Source of the DNA: Synechococcus sp.
GTDB taxonomy: Bacteria > Cyanobacteriota > Cyanobacteriia > PCC-6307 > Cyanobiaceae
Length of the DNA stretch: 64,000 nucleotides
Reading direction: 5' to 3'
Assembly: GCA_047284725.1 (NCBI GenBank)
Contig: JBJBEO010000001.1
Coordinates: 760,202-824,201, forward strand
The notes under the pieces were generated by a model. It saw only the letters and a program-made list of their open reading frames with translations. It ran no database searches and was not told the DNA's origin. Below, piece after piece: positions 50,266 to 61,900 of this stretch; within the stretch, counting starts at the first letter, position 1; each line of letters starts with the position of its first letter. The position numbers and the translations under genes are program-made.

Positions 50266-51783
50266 TCATGGGTCGCGCAGCAGCGGCTCCAGGGTCACGT
50301 GGGTTTCAAAGGCATCGGCCAGACGGTCGAGCAGGGCCTCCCGTTGGCGGCTGTGGTGGGGCTGGTCGGTGCGCAGGGGCGGCAGCTGTTTGCGTTCGCG
50401 CAGCTGGTTGAGCCAGCGCCGCCGCCAGGGTCCGCTTTCAAACACGCCGTGCAGATAGGTGCCCACCACCACACCGACGTGAACGTTGGCGTGATCGTCC
50501 AGGGTCTGCACCCAGCCCAGCCCATCGTCGCGGCAGAGGCCTGGGCAGTGGCTCAGCGTGGCGGTGCTGCCGCGATGCAATTCGAAGCCCTCCAGGGTGG
50601 CTTCATCACCGCTGGTGCAGGGCGGCCAGAGGGCCTGGCTGCTGCGCTGCCGCAGCGCCTTGGCAGCCGTGAAACTGGTGCGAAGGGGCAGGAGATCCAG
50701 GCCGGTCTGGCTGCTGCCGGCGTCACCGCCTTCGCGGCCGTCGGGGTCGTGCAGCTCCCGGCCCAGCAGTTGCATGCCGCCGCAGATGCCCAGCACCACA
50801 CCACCGGTCTGCGCGTAGCGTACCAGCGCGGCATCGAGGCCGGACATGCGCAGGGCCTGCAGATCGCGCAGGGTTTGCTTGCTGCCCGGCAGGATCACCG
50901 CATCGGGTCGCCCCAGGTCGTCCCCGGGGCTGAGCCAACGCAATTGCACCGTCGGCTCGGCTTCGAGGGGATCGAGGTCGGAGAAGTTGCTGAGGGAGGG
51001 CAGCCGCACCACGGCGATCTCCAGCTCAGCCCCCCGTTTGCGGCCGCGTCGCTCGAGCAGATCGAGCGAGTCTTCCGGTGGAAACAGCTCATCCAGCCAG
51101 GGCATCACCCCCACCACAGGGATGCCGGTGTGGGCTTCCAGCCAGCGGCGGCCCTCATCAAACAGCGACTGGCGGCCTCGGAACCGGTTGATCAGGATGC
51201 CCTTGATCAGGGGCCGCTCCACGGGGCGCAACAGATTGAGGGTGCCCACCACCTGGGCGAACACCCCACCCCGTTCGATGTCAGCCACCAGGAGGCAACG
51301 GGCCCGCAGGTACTGGGCCAGGCGCAGGTTGGTGAGGTCACGGCGCTGCAGGTTGACCTCCACGGGGCTGCCGGCTCCCTCCAGCACCAGGCGACCGCTG
51401 GGGTGGCGCTCCTGCAGGTCGCGGAGCCCCTGGCGGATGGCGCGCCATCCCGGGCGAAACCAGTCTTCGTAATAGGTCTCGGCCCGCGCATGACCCACGG
51501 AGTGGCCAAGGTGAATCAGCTCGCTGGTGGAATCGCCCTGGGGCTTGAGCAGCACCGGATTCATGGCGCATTCCGGCTCCAGGCCTGCGGCCCAGGCCTG
51601 GAGCGCCTGGGAGTAGGCCATTTCGCCACCGCGCTGATCGACCCAGGCGTTGTTGCTCATGTTCTGCCCCTTGAAGGGCAGAGGGGTTTCGCCCCGCCGC
51701 TTGAGCACGCGGCAGAGCGCTGCATTCATCAGCGATTTGCCGGCACCGCTGGAGGTGCCCAGCACCATCAGAGCGGGCTTCAT
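50266..51783 (-). CDS. cobQ: Cobyric acid synthase
   Basis: [37 protein letters not shown]. Confidence 0.96.
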   Translation of the reverse strand: MKPALMVLGTSSGAGKSLMNAALCRVLKRRGETPLPFKGQNMSNNAWVDQRGGEMAYSQALQAWAAGLEPECAMNPVLLKPQGDSTSELIHLGHSVGHARAETYYEDWFRPGWRAIRQGLRDLQERHPSGRLVLEGAGSPVEVNLQRRDLTNLRLAQYLRARCLLVADIERGGVFAQVVGTLNLLRPVERPLIKGILINRFRGRQSLFDEGRRWLEAHTGIPVVGVMPWLDELFPPEDSLDLLERRGRKRGAELEIAVVRLPSLSNFSDLDPLEAEPTVQLRWLSPGDDLGRPDAVILPGSKQTLRDLQALRMSGLDAALVRYAQTGGVVLGICGGMQLLGRELHDPDGREGGDAGSSQTGLDLLPLRTSFTAAKALRQRSSQALWPPCTSGDEATLEGFELHRGSTATLSHCPGLCRDDGLGWVQTLDDHANVHVGVVVGTYLHGVFESGPWRRRWLNQLRERKQLPPLRTDQPHHSRQREALLDRLADAFETHVTLEPLLRDP

Positions 51784-52184
51784 AGCCTGGGCCGGCGGCG
51801 GCGTAGCCAGTGCTGCACCCGTTGATGCAGCGGAGCCGCGGGGATGGCGCCGGGCCAGAGCTCGAGCAGTTCACGCCCCATCGGCGTCAGCCGCACCCGC
51901 TCGGTCAGTCCCTGGCCATCCACTTCGCGGCGCAGCACCCCCAGCTGAATCAGCCAGATCAAGCTGTCTTCCGTGCGGGAACGATTGAGGCGGTTGCGGC
52001 AGAGCGCCGTCCAGTCGTCGCGGGTGGTGAGTTCGGTGCTGCTCAGGGCACCTTGCTCAAGCAGGGCATAGAACCCGCGCGCGAACGGCAGACAGCGCAT
52101 GGCCTGGCGCGCCCGTTGCAGAGAGCGTTCGGTGAGCAGGGTCCGGGCGGAAGCGGTCAAAGCGGAGCCAGGTTCGTTGTTCAT
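51780..52184 (-). CDS. Conserved cyanobacterial protein (Npun_F0494-like)
   Basis: [25 protein letters not shown]. Confidence 0.8.
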   Translation of the reverse strand: MNNEPGSALTASARTLLTERSLQRARQAMRCLPFARGFYALLEQGALSSTELTTRDDWTALCRNRLNRSRTEDSLIWLIQLGVLRREVDGQGLTERVRLTPMGRELLELWPGAIPAAPLHQRVQHWLRRRRPRL

Positions 52185-52828
52185 TGTCGGCGCTGACGGG
52201 CAGCAGTGCTTGGCAGACTTCAGCCAGCTGCCCTGCGCGTGTGTTGCTGTTGGCTTCGGCCTCTCCGGCCCGCCGGCGTCTGCTCGAGCAGGCCGGATGG
52301 TCCCATCAGGTGATGGTGAGCGGTGTGGATGAAGAGACGATCACCGCCCGTGATCCCACGGACCTGGTGCAGCTGTTGGCGGCTGCGAAGGCGGCAGCCG
52401 TGCACCAGCGTCTGGCGGAGGAGGGCACCCACCGGGAGGTGAGTGCCGTGTTGGGCTGCGATTCGCTGCTCGCCTTTGATGGCGAGGTGTTCGGCAAGCC
52501 AGCCAACGCGGCGGAAGCGATCGAGCGCTGGCAACGCATGCGCGGGCACTGGGGGGCGTTGCACACCGGCCACTGTCTGCTGCCGGGGCCTGCCGCCAAG
52601 GCAGGCCGCGTCGAACGGCGTGTGTGCGTGACCACGCGAGTGCTGTTTTCAGCGCTCACCGATGCGGAGATTGCCGCCTACGTCGACAGCGGAGAGCCGT
52701 TGCAGTGTGCCGGGGGCTTTGCCCTCGAGGGGCGTGGTGGCAGCTGCATCGAGCGGCTGGACGGTTGCTATTCGAATGTGATCGGACTCAGTCTTCCCCT
52801 GCTGCGGCAGTGGTTGACTCCGGCCTGA
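52184..52828 (+). CDS. maf: Maf-family nucleoside triphosphate pyrophosphatase
   Basis: [30 protein letters not shown]; true start probably slightly downstream. Confidence 0.92.
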   Translation: MSALTGSSAWQTSASCPARVLLLASASPARRRLLEQAGWSHQVMVSGVDEETITARDPTDLVQLLAAAKAAAVHQRLAEEGTHREVSAVLGCDSLLAFDGEVFGKPANAAEAIERWQRMRGHWGALHTGHCLLPGPAAKAGRVERRVCVTTRVLFSALTDAEIAAYVDSGEPLQCAGGFALEGRGGSCIERLDGCYSNVIGLSLPLLRQWLTPA

Positions 52829-52908
52829 TCCCTAGCGGCTCCTCGTCGTTGCCATTGTTCCGTTGCCGTAGCTATGGCGGAGACAAGGCCCTTTGGACAC
52901 CCCCAACG

Positions 52909-53166
52909 ATGTCGACGTTTGCGCTGGCTGCCGCATGCACCCTCTTGATCGGTAGCGGACTGACACTGAATGCCAATGCGATGGAGCCAATCCAGCGTTC
53001 CTCCGCTCCCCCGACCACAGAGCTTGGCCTGAGCCAGGAGCAGTCCTATCTCGACGACGCCTCGCTCCGCCACAGCCAGGACGTGGTTGAGGATGCCAAT
53101 CTGCCCCTGGAGTTTCAGAAGCCTTCCGGCCCCGAGGGCTTCGACGTCTTGAATCTCAGCTTCTGA
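52909..53166 (+). CDS. Small secreted hypothetical protein
   Basis: Signal peptide MSTFALAA...ANA. Confidence 0.5.
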   Translation: MSTFALAAACTLLIGSGLTLNANAMEPIQRSSAPPTTELGLSQEQSYLDDASLRHSQDVVEDANLPLEFQKPSGPEGFDVLNLSF

Positions 53167-53246
53167 CGCGGCCGCTGCGGCACCGTTACGAACCCTGCCA
53201 GGTTGGTGTGACCTCAGCAGACTTGAGGTAATTCCCCCCTGGCCGG

Positions 53247-54194
53247 ATGGGTCGAACTCCAAGCCTCGGCCAAGACAGGCAGCCGCTGTCTGGTCTGCTG
53301 CTGGGTCTGGCCGTGGCAGCGCTTTCGGGGTGCTCGCTGTTGCAGAGTCTTCCAGAGCCCAGGCCACGCGTGGAGCTCAGGGGGGCGGGGGCCAGTTTCC
53401 CTGCACCGCTCTATCAACGCTGGTTCACCCATTTGATGGTGCGTGAAGGCTTGATCCTCGACTACCTCGCCGTGGGGTCGGAGCAGGGAGAGCGCCAACT
53501 GGAGGCCGGACTGGTGGATTTCGCTGGCACCGACGTGCGGCCTGATCACGACGCCTGGATGGCAATCCCGATGACGGCGGGTGCGATCGCGGTGGCCTAC
53601 AACCACCCCGGTTGCCGCTTGACGCTCAATCGGGAGCAACTGCTCGGGATCGTCTCCGGGGCGACCACCAACTTCAGCCAACTGGGGTGCCGGGCCCGGC
53701 CGATTCAGCTGGTGGTGCGGAGCAGCGGCTCTGGAACGACGACCAATCTGCTGCGCTATCTGCAGATCCCTGAGCAGGGTTGGCATCACGGATCTGCATT
53801 GTTGGCCAACAGCAATGACGCGATGGCGACCCTGCTGGCTCAGCGTGATGGGTCAATCGGCTACCTGGAAACCGTCTTCCTGACAGGACGCCAACGGCTT
53901 CAGGCCGCTGCGCTTGTCAACAGCGCCGGCAACACCGTTCTGCCGGTGCCTGATCAGGTGCATCGAGCTTTGCGGCAATGGCCGGATCCGCAGAACGGCT
54001 ACCCCCTGGTGAGTCCCTCCTGGGTGCTGCTGCCCAGAAGAGGCCTCGGCCAGAAAGCACCTGTGCTGCAGGCGGCGTTGCACTACGGGCTTTCTGCGGA
54101 GGGGCAGAAGCAAGTGAAGACCTTGGGCTATGCCCCCTTGCCGCAGCGTTTGCAGACCGAGGCCCGGGCTTTGATCGAGGAGATCAGGCCATGA
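53247..54194 (+). CDS. PstS-like phosphate-binding lipoprotein
   Basis: LSGC lipobox, GAGASFPAPLYQRW, VGS..G, DFAGTD, RSSGSGTT. Confidence 0.85.
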   Translation: MGRTPSLGQDRQPLSGLLLGLAVAALSGCSLLQSLPEPRPRVELRGAGASFPAPLYQRWFTHLMVREGLILDYLAVGSEQGERQLEAGLVDFAGTDVRPDHDAWMAIPMTAGAIAVAYNHPGCRLTLNREQLLGIVSGATTNFSQLGCRARPIQLVVRSSGSGTTTNLLRYLQIPEQGWHHGSALLANSNDAMATLLAQRDGSIGYLETVFLTGRQRLQAAALVNSAGNTVLPVPDQVHRALRQWPDPQNGYPLVSPSWVLLPRRGLGQKAPVLQAALHYGLSAEGQKQVKTLGYAPLPQRLQTEARALIEEIRP

Positions 54195-54919
54195 AGGTTT
54201 CTGCACCCCTGCGGCTCTCGGCGGAGGCGATCCATGCCAAGGAGCGGCACTTCCCGCTGTTTCTGCTCACGGCGTTGCTGCCGGTTGTGCTGTTCCCCTT
54301 GGCCAATCTCGATGGAACGCTGCCGCAACGGCTGGCTCTGCCTGTCACGGTCACCCTGCTGGTGGTGGAGTCGGTCCGAAGCCTGCCCGCATGGGCCGCC
54401 TGCGTGGGCCCCGTCCGTCTCAACACGCTTTATCGATGCCTGGCACTGATCTCAGCTGTGGCGGTGTGGTGGCCCGTGTTCATTGCGCACCGCCCGGTCC
54501 TGATCGCCCACGTTGCCGTGGTTGGCATTCGCGGGTTGTTTTATTCGCTCACAGCCGTGCGCATCATTCAGGTGCTGGCCAATTCCGACCGGGTCAGCGT
54601 GAAGACGTTGTGTCTGGGTGCGGCGGGCTATGTGCACCTGGGGTTGACCACCGGCATGCTGGCCACGATGTTGCAACTGGTGGATCCAGACAGCTTCAAC
54701 CTGGGGGCAACGGTGCTCCATGAAGAGTTGATGGCGCGGTTGTCGTACTTCGCTTTTGTGACATTGAGCAGCCTTGGCTACGGCGATGTGGTGCCGGCCA
54801 GTCCGATCGGTGAAGCGTTTGCGGTGCTGGTGAGCATCAGCAGCACCCTGTATCTGAGCTTGTTGATTGGCTTGTTGTTGAGTCGCTTCCTCAGTTCGCA
54901 GCAACGGGAGCAGCCTTGA
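54191..54919 (+). CDS. Potassium-channel-like protein
   Basis: YFAFVTLSSLGYGD pore; ATGA overlap with the upstream gene. Confidence 0.8.
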   Translation: MKVSAPLRLSAEAIHAKERHFPLFLLTALLPVVLFPLANLDGTLPQRLALPVTVTLLVVESVRSLPAWAACVGPVRLNTLYRCLALISAVAVWWPVFIAHRPVLIAHVAVVGIRGLFYSLTAVRIIQVLANSDRVSVKTLCLGAAGYVHLGLTTGMLATMLQLVDPDSFNLGATVLHEELMARLSYFAFVTLSSLGYGDVVPASPIGEAFAVLVSISSTLYLSLLIGLLLSRFLSSQQREQP

Positions 54920-55620
54920 TGGGGAGCTCGATTGGCGATCGCATTCAGCGCCGGGAACCACTGTTTGGTTGGTTTCTGCTGGCCACGTTGCTGCCGATCC
55001 TGGTGATGCCCTTCACCAAGCTTGACGGCAACCTGATTCAGAAGGGGCTGCTGCCCCTCAGCACGCTCTGGCTTGTGGTGCTGGCGCTGCGGATCATGCC
55101 CAGAGACCTGCTGCGCTGGCGGGGATGGACGTTCCACGCGCTGTATCGGCTGTTGGGGGTGCTGTGTGTGGCGGTGCTGTGGCTGCCGTTTGCGCTGGGG
55201 CCCCACGCCGGCCTTGGCTGGCAGCTCCCGATTCTCTCGGTGATCATCGGCTTTTACCTCTCCACAACGGTGGGCATCGTGCTGGTGCTCGCCCAGGTGA
55301 AACGGGTGAATGAAGCGGTGCTCTGTCTGGGGGCAGCCGGCTACATCCTGCTCGGCCTCACGGGGGGACAGATCGCGACAGCCCTGGAGGTGTTGAGACC
55401 GGGAAGTTTCAGTCTGGGGCGCATGTTGCCGGGAGAAGCGCTGGTGGAGCGTTTGTCGTATTTCTCGTTTGTCACCCTGGGCAGCCTGGGCTATGGCGAT
55501 GTGCTTCCTGCAACGGCCGTGGCGGAGAGCTTGGCGGTGTTGCTCAGTATCACAGCAACGCTGTACATCACCTTGATGATTGGCTTGTTATTGAGTCGGT
55601 ACATTGAATCAAAGAGCTGA
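54919..55620 (+). CDS. Potassium-channel-like protein
   Basis: YFSFVTLGSLGYGD pore; TGATG overlap. Confidence 0.8.
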   Translation: MGSSIGDRIQRREPLFGWFLLATLLPILVMPFTKLDGNLIQKGLLPLSTLWLVVLALRIMPRDLLRWRGWTFHALYRLLGVLCVAVLWLPFALGPHAGLGWQLPILSVIIGFYLSTTVGIVLVLAQVKRVNEAVLCLGAAGYILLGLTGGQIATALEVLRPGSFSLGRMLPGEALVERLSYFSFVTLGSLGYGDVLPATAVAESLAVLLSITATLYITLMIGLLLSRYIESKS

Positions 55621-55939
55621 GATGACAATGCGGGGTTTGCACTCATCTCTGGGCAGGTTTTGATTGCTGCTTGTGTTGGATTCAAGGGCGAGAGTGCAGG
55701 CTCGATTGTGCCAGTTTTTGTGATTGATCTGGGCGGCTTGAGTCGGCCAGGCTGAATGTTCAGCAGGGGGCATTCGTTCGTAACGTGGCAGGCAAAAGAT
55801 GGGAGCTCAAAGAGTGTCCTCGCCCTTTCTTGCTCAGGGCATGATTGAACTCCACGGCCGGAGCTTCGCTGTGTTTCAGCTGGCAAGGCAGGGAAAGGGG
55901 CCAGCACCATCAGCGAAGCGAGTCGGGGGGGTGTTGTTT

Positions 55940-58900
55940 TTAGAGATTGAGCAGGCTGAGATCCTGGTCATCCTGGCTGGTGGGATCACTTGCTGGAGTC
56001 AGTCCATCTTGAGCTTCTTCCAAGACAGGAGCCGTGGTCTTTTTGTCGTCAGTTGGGGTTGTCTCGCTGAACGCATCATGGGTTGGCGTGACAGGGATGG
56101 ACGCTGGATCAAGGGAGGGGCCAGGTTGAGGGTCGCTCGCATTGATTGAGCTTTCGGCATCACTTCCATTGGCCTCGTGGTTGTGATTCAGTGCGGAGAG
56201 GTCATCGGGGTGGAGTTGCTGCAGGTCGCTGAGGGCAGCAGAGAGGGCATCACCATTCAATGCGGGAGATGCCGATGGCTCTGCCTGGTTGTAATCGCTG
56301 GCATGATCTGTGTCTGACTGTTGAGCCGACTGACTGGGATCGCTGAAGACTGACTTGGCATCGTCATCCTCGCTGTCAGGATTGTCCCCTTCTTGCTTGA
56401 AGATTCCTTTTTTATCGAGTGAATCTCTGCTTGCTTGGGAGTTACTCCCAGGGATGCTTTGGCTCAATGGCTCAGTGGATGTTTCGCGATCGAGCTGATT
56501 GGACATCTTCTCTTCCAAGGAAGCCGTGTCTGTCGACGCTGTGTCTGCTGCAGTGTTGCTCGAAGCATCGATCTCTTGGGTATTGGCTAAGGCATCAGTT
56601 GCAAGGAAGCTTCCGTCGTTCTTCTCGCTTGTATCGGTCGGGTCAGAGTTATCTGCTTGGTCGTCATGATCTTGGCCGCTACTTTTCTGGTCTTGGTTTT
56701 CACTTTTCGTCTTTGTCTTAATGCTCACATCAAGGCTTGATTGTGCTGAATCGGTGTCGTCTTCCTGTGACTCGATGATTTCAAAGCTGTTTAGTTGTGC
56801 TACAACGTCGACGGTCTCAATTTGTTGTGGTTCGTCCGAGGCGGATGCTGTTGGGCCATGAGGAGTCGGACTATGATTTTGGCTCCATGCACTGCCAGAC
56901 TTTTGTAAGCCCCAGTCACTGGGTATGTTGTGAACTGCGATAACACTGCCATCCCTAAATCTATATCCGGTTATCGCAGAATGCGGAGACCTTCCTTCAT
57001 GATAGGTTTCTACTATATCGCCATGATTGTCATTGTGCCCTCCATCGATCTGAGGTGTTTGTGGTGATTGTGGTGTTTGTGGTGTTTGTGGATGTTGCGG
57101 TTGTGGTGGTGGATCTCCTTTGAAGGATAGTCTTGTCCCGATATTGATAGAAGCTCGATCTAAGGCCTTATCCCCATCTCGATCGGTGATGGTGTCTGTG
57201 CGTGTGAGTTGAATAAGGTCGGCATCACTTAAGGTTTTGGTTTGTGCTCCTTGAGGGTGTTCGATATTTCGAATTTGAGAGAGTGTTGCGATGCCCGTTT
57301 GTGAATTAACGCTAAAGGTGAAGGCTGGTGTGCCTTGTGGGTCAGGTGCTGAGCCGGAGCCGACGCGTCCGATGACCTGGCCGTGCTCGAGGTAGAGGAA
57401 GACGTGTTGTCCTGTGGCGGTGTCGACAACACCACTGTCAACGCCTCTACTTCGAACAGACAAAGCGTAGGAACTGTGGATTGATCCACTGCCATCCGCG
57501 CCGTAGTCGCTAGAGATGCGTTCGAAGTCATCTGAGAAGTTGGCCGTTTTATGATTCGGCCCTAAATGATCGTTCTTTAGCCCAGCAGTGTGGATGCCGA
57601 TATCAATTGAGGGCCCGTCATCTTTGAAGGAGACGGCGCCAGAGAGATCAACGGATTGTGAGGCTGTATCCCCGTCGTTATCGGTGACGGTGGCTTGGAG
57701 CTTGATGGATCCAGCCGAGAGGTTTTTGGCCTCATCAGGGGATGAGGTTCCGCCAGTTGGGTGTACGAGAGATCGGATCTGATCGAGGGTGACGTCTCCG
57801 TTTGTTGCAACGGAGAGTGTGAAGGCTGGTTTGCCTTGTGGGTCAGGTGCTGAGCCGGAGCCGACGCGTCCGATGACCTGTCCGTGCTCGAGGTAGAGGA
57901 AGACGGGTTGTCCTGTGGCGGTGTCGACGACGCCGCTGTCGGTGCGAGATGTCAGGACGAGTGAGTAATCGAGGGATTGTTGCTGATCAGCACCAGCGTC
58001 GATGGTGAAGAGGGAAGAGAAGTTAGTGGTGTGATCTGTGCCGAGGTGGGTTTCGTCGACTTGTAGGGAGTCAGCTGTAGCGGGAGTGACTGTGATTGAG
58101 GGCCCGTCATCTTTGAAGGAGACGGCGCCAGAGAGATCAACGGATTGTGAGGCTGTATCCCCGTCGTTATCGGTGACGGTGGCTTGGAGCTTGATGGATC
58201 CAGCCGAGAGGTTTTTGGCCTCATCAGGGGATGAGGTTCCGCCAGTTGGGTGTACGAGAGATCGGATCTGATCGAGGGTGACGTCTCCGTTTGTTGCAAC
58301 GGAGAGTGTGAAGGCTGGTTTGCCTTGTGGGTCAGGTGCTGAGCCGGAGCCGACGCGTCCGATGACCTGTCCGTGCTCGAGGTAGAGGAAGACGGGTTGT
58401 CCTGTGGCGGTGTCGACGACGCCGCTGTCGGTGCGAGATGTCAGGACGAGTGAGTAATCGAGGGATTGTTGCTGATCAGCACCAGCGTCGATGGTGAAGA
58501 GGGAAGAGAAGTTAGTGGTGTGATCTGTGCCGAGGTGGGTTTCGTCGACTTGTAGGGAGTCAGCTGTAGCGGGAGTGACTGTGATTGAGGGCCCGTCATC
58601 TTTGAAGGAGACGGCGCCAGAGAGATCAACGGATTGTGAGGCTGTATCCCCGTCGTTATCGGTGACGGTGGCTTGGAGCTTGATGGATCCAGCCGAGAGG
58701 TTTTTGGCCTCATCAGGGGATGAGGTTCCGCCAGTTGGGTGTACGAGAGATCGGATCTGATCGAGGGTGACGTCTCCGTTTGTTGCAACGGAGAGTGTGA
58801 AGGCTGGTTTGCCTTGTGGGTCAGGTGCTGAGCCGGAGCCGACGCGTCCGATGACCTGTCCGTGCTCGAGGTAGAGGAAGACGGGTTGTCCTGTGGCGGT

Positions 58901-61900
58901 GTCGACGACGCCGCTGTCGGTGCGAGATGTCAGGACGAGTGAGTAATCGAGGGATTGTTGCTGATCAGCACCAGCGTCGATGGTGAAGAGGGAAGAGAAG
59001 TTAGTGGTGTGATCTGTGCCGAGGTGGGTTTCGTCGACTTGTAGGGAGTCAGCTGTAGCGGGAGTGACTGTGATTGAGGGCCCGTCATCTTTGAAGGAGA
59101 CGGCGCCAGAGAGATCAACGGATTGTGAGGCTGTATCCCCGTCGTTATCGGTGACGGTGGCTTGGAGCTTGATGGATCCAGCCGAGAGGTTTTTGGCCTC
59201 ATCAGGGGATGAGGTTCCGCCAGTTGGGTGTACGAGAGATCGGATCTGATCGAGGGTGACGTCTCCGTTTGTTGCAACGGAGAGTGTGAAGGCTGGTTTG
59301 CCTTGTGGGTCAGGTGCTGAGCCGGAGCCGACGCGTCCGATGACCTGTCCGTGCTCGAGGTAGAGGAAGACGGGTTGTCCTGTGGCGGTGTCGACGACGC
59401 CGCTGTCGGTGCGAGATGTCAGGACGAGTGAGTAATCGAGGGATTGTTGCTGATCAGCACCAGCGTCGATGGTGAAGAGGGAAGAGAAGTTAGTGGTGTG
59501 ATCTGTGCCGAGGTGGGTTTCGTCGACTTGTAGGGAGTCAGCTGTAGCGGGAGTGACTGTGATTGAGGGCCCGTCATCTTTGAAGGAGACGGCGCCAGAG
59601 AGATCAACGGATTGTGAGGCTGTATCCCCGTCGTTATCGGTGACGGTGGCTTGGAGCTTGATGGATCCAGCCGAGAGGTTTTTGGCCTCATCAGGGGATG
59701 AGGTTCCGCCAGTTGGGTGTACGAGAGATCGGATCTGATCGAGGGTGACGTCTCCGTTTGTTGCAACGGAGAGTGTGAAGGCTGGTTTGCCTTGTGGGTC
59801 AGGTGCTGAGCCGGAGCCGACGCGTCCGATGACCTGTCCGTGCTCGAGGTAGAGGAAGACGGGTTGTCCTGTGGCGGTGTCGACGACGCCGCTGTCGGTG
59901 CGAGATGTCAGGACGAGTGAGTAATCGAGGGATTGTTGCTGATCAGCACCAGCGTCGATGGTGAAGAGGGAAGAGAAGTTAGTGGTGTGATCTGTGCCGA
60001 GGTGGGTTTCGTCGACTTGTAGGGAGTCAGCTGTAGCGGGAGTGACTGTGATTGAGGGCCCGTCATCTTTGAAGGAGACGGCGCCAGAGAGATCAACGGA
60101 TTGTGAGGCTGTATCCCCGTCGTTATCGGTGACGGTGGCTTGGAGCTTGATGGATCCAGCCGAGAGGTTTTTGGCCTCATCAGGGGATGAGGTTCCGCCA
60201 GTTGGGTGTACGAGAGATCGGATCTGATCGAGGGTGACGTCTCCGTTTGTTGCAACGGAGAGTGTGAAGGCTGGTTTGCCTTGTGGGTCAGGTGCTGAGC
60301 CGGAGCCGACGCGTCCGATGACCTGTCCGTGCTCGAGGTAGAGGAAGACGGGTTGTCCTGTGGCGGTGTCGACGACGCCGCTGTCGGTGCGAGATGTCAG
60401 GACGAGTGAGTAATCGAGGGATTGTTGCTGATCAGCACCAGCGTCGATGGTGAAGAGGGAAGAGAAGTTAGTGGTGTGATCTGTGCCGAGGTGGGTTTCG
60501 TCGACTTGTAGGGAGTCAGCTGTAGCGGGAGTGACTGTGATTGAGGGCCCGTCATCTTTGAAGGAGACGGCGCCAGAGAGATCAACGGATTGTGAGGCTG
60601 TATCCCCGTCGTTATCGGTGACGGTGGCTTGGAGCTTGATGGATCCAGCCGAGAGGTTTTTGGCCTCATCAGGGGATGAGGTTCCGCCAGTTGGGTGTAC
60701 GAGAGATCGGATCTGATCGAGGGTGACGTCTCCGTTTGTTGCAACGGAGAGTGTGAAGGCTGGTTTGCCTTGTGGGTCAGGTGCTGAGCCGGAGCCGACG
60801 CGTCCGATGACCTGTCCGTGCTCGAGGTAGAGGAAGACGGGTTGTCCTGTGGCGGTGTCGACGACGCCGCTGTCGGTGCGAGATGTCAGGACGAGTGAGT
60901 AATCGAGGGATTGTTGCTGATCAGCACCAGCGTCGATGGTGAAGAGGGAAGAGAAGTTAGTGGTGTGATCTGTGCCGAGGTGGGTTTCGTCGACTTGTAG
61001 GGAGTCAGCTGTAGCGGGAGTGACTGTGATTGAGGGCCCGTCATCTTTGAAGGAGACGGCGCCAGAGAGATCAACGGATTGTGAGGCTGTATCCCCGTCG
61101 TTATCGGTGACGGTGGCTTGGAGCTTGATGGATCCAGCCGAGAGGTTTTTGGCCTCATCAGGGGATGAGGTTCCGCCAGTTGGGTGTACGAGAGATCGGA
61201 TCTGATCGAGGGTGACGTCTCCGTTTGTTGCAACGGAGAGTGTGAAGGCTGGTTTGCCTTGTGGGTCAGGTGCTGAGCCGGAGCCGACGCGTCCGATGAC
61301 CTGTCCGTGCTCGAGGTAGAGGAAGACGGGTTGTCCTGTGGCGGTGTCGACGACGCCGCTGTCGGTGCGAGATGTCAGGACGAGTGAGTAATCGAGGGAT
61401 TGTTGCTGATCAGCACCAGCGTCGATGGTGAAGAGGGAAGAGAAGTTAGTGGTGTGATCTGTGCCGAGGTGGGTTTCGTCGACTTGTAGGGAGTCAGCTG
61501 TAGCGGGAGTGACTGTGATTGAGGGCCCGTCATCTTTGAAGGAGACGGCGCCAGAGAGATCAACGGATTGTGAGGCTGTATCCCCGTCGTTATCGGTGAC
61601 GGTGGCTTGGAGCTTGATGGATCCAGCCGAGAGGTTTTTGGCCTCATCAGGGGATGAGGTTCCGCCAGTTGGGTGTACGAGAGATCGGATCTGATCGAGG
61701 GTGACGTCTCCGTTTGTTGCAACGGAGAGTGTGAAGGCTGGTTTGCCTTGTGGGTCAGGTGCTGAGCCGGAGCCGACGCGTCCGATGACCTGTCCGTGCT
61801 CGAGGTAGAGGAAGACGGGTTGTCCTGTGGCGGTGTCGACGACGCCGCTGTCGGTGCGAGATGTCAGGACGAGTGAGTAATCGAGGGATTGTTGCTGATC

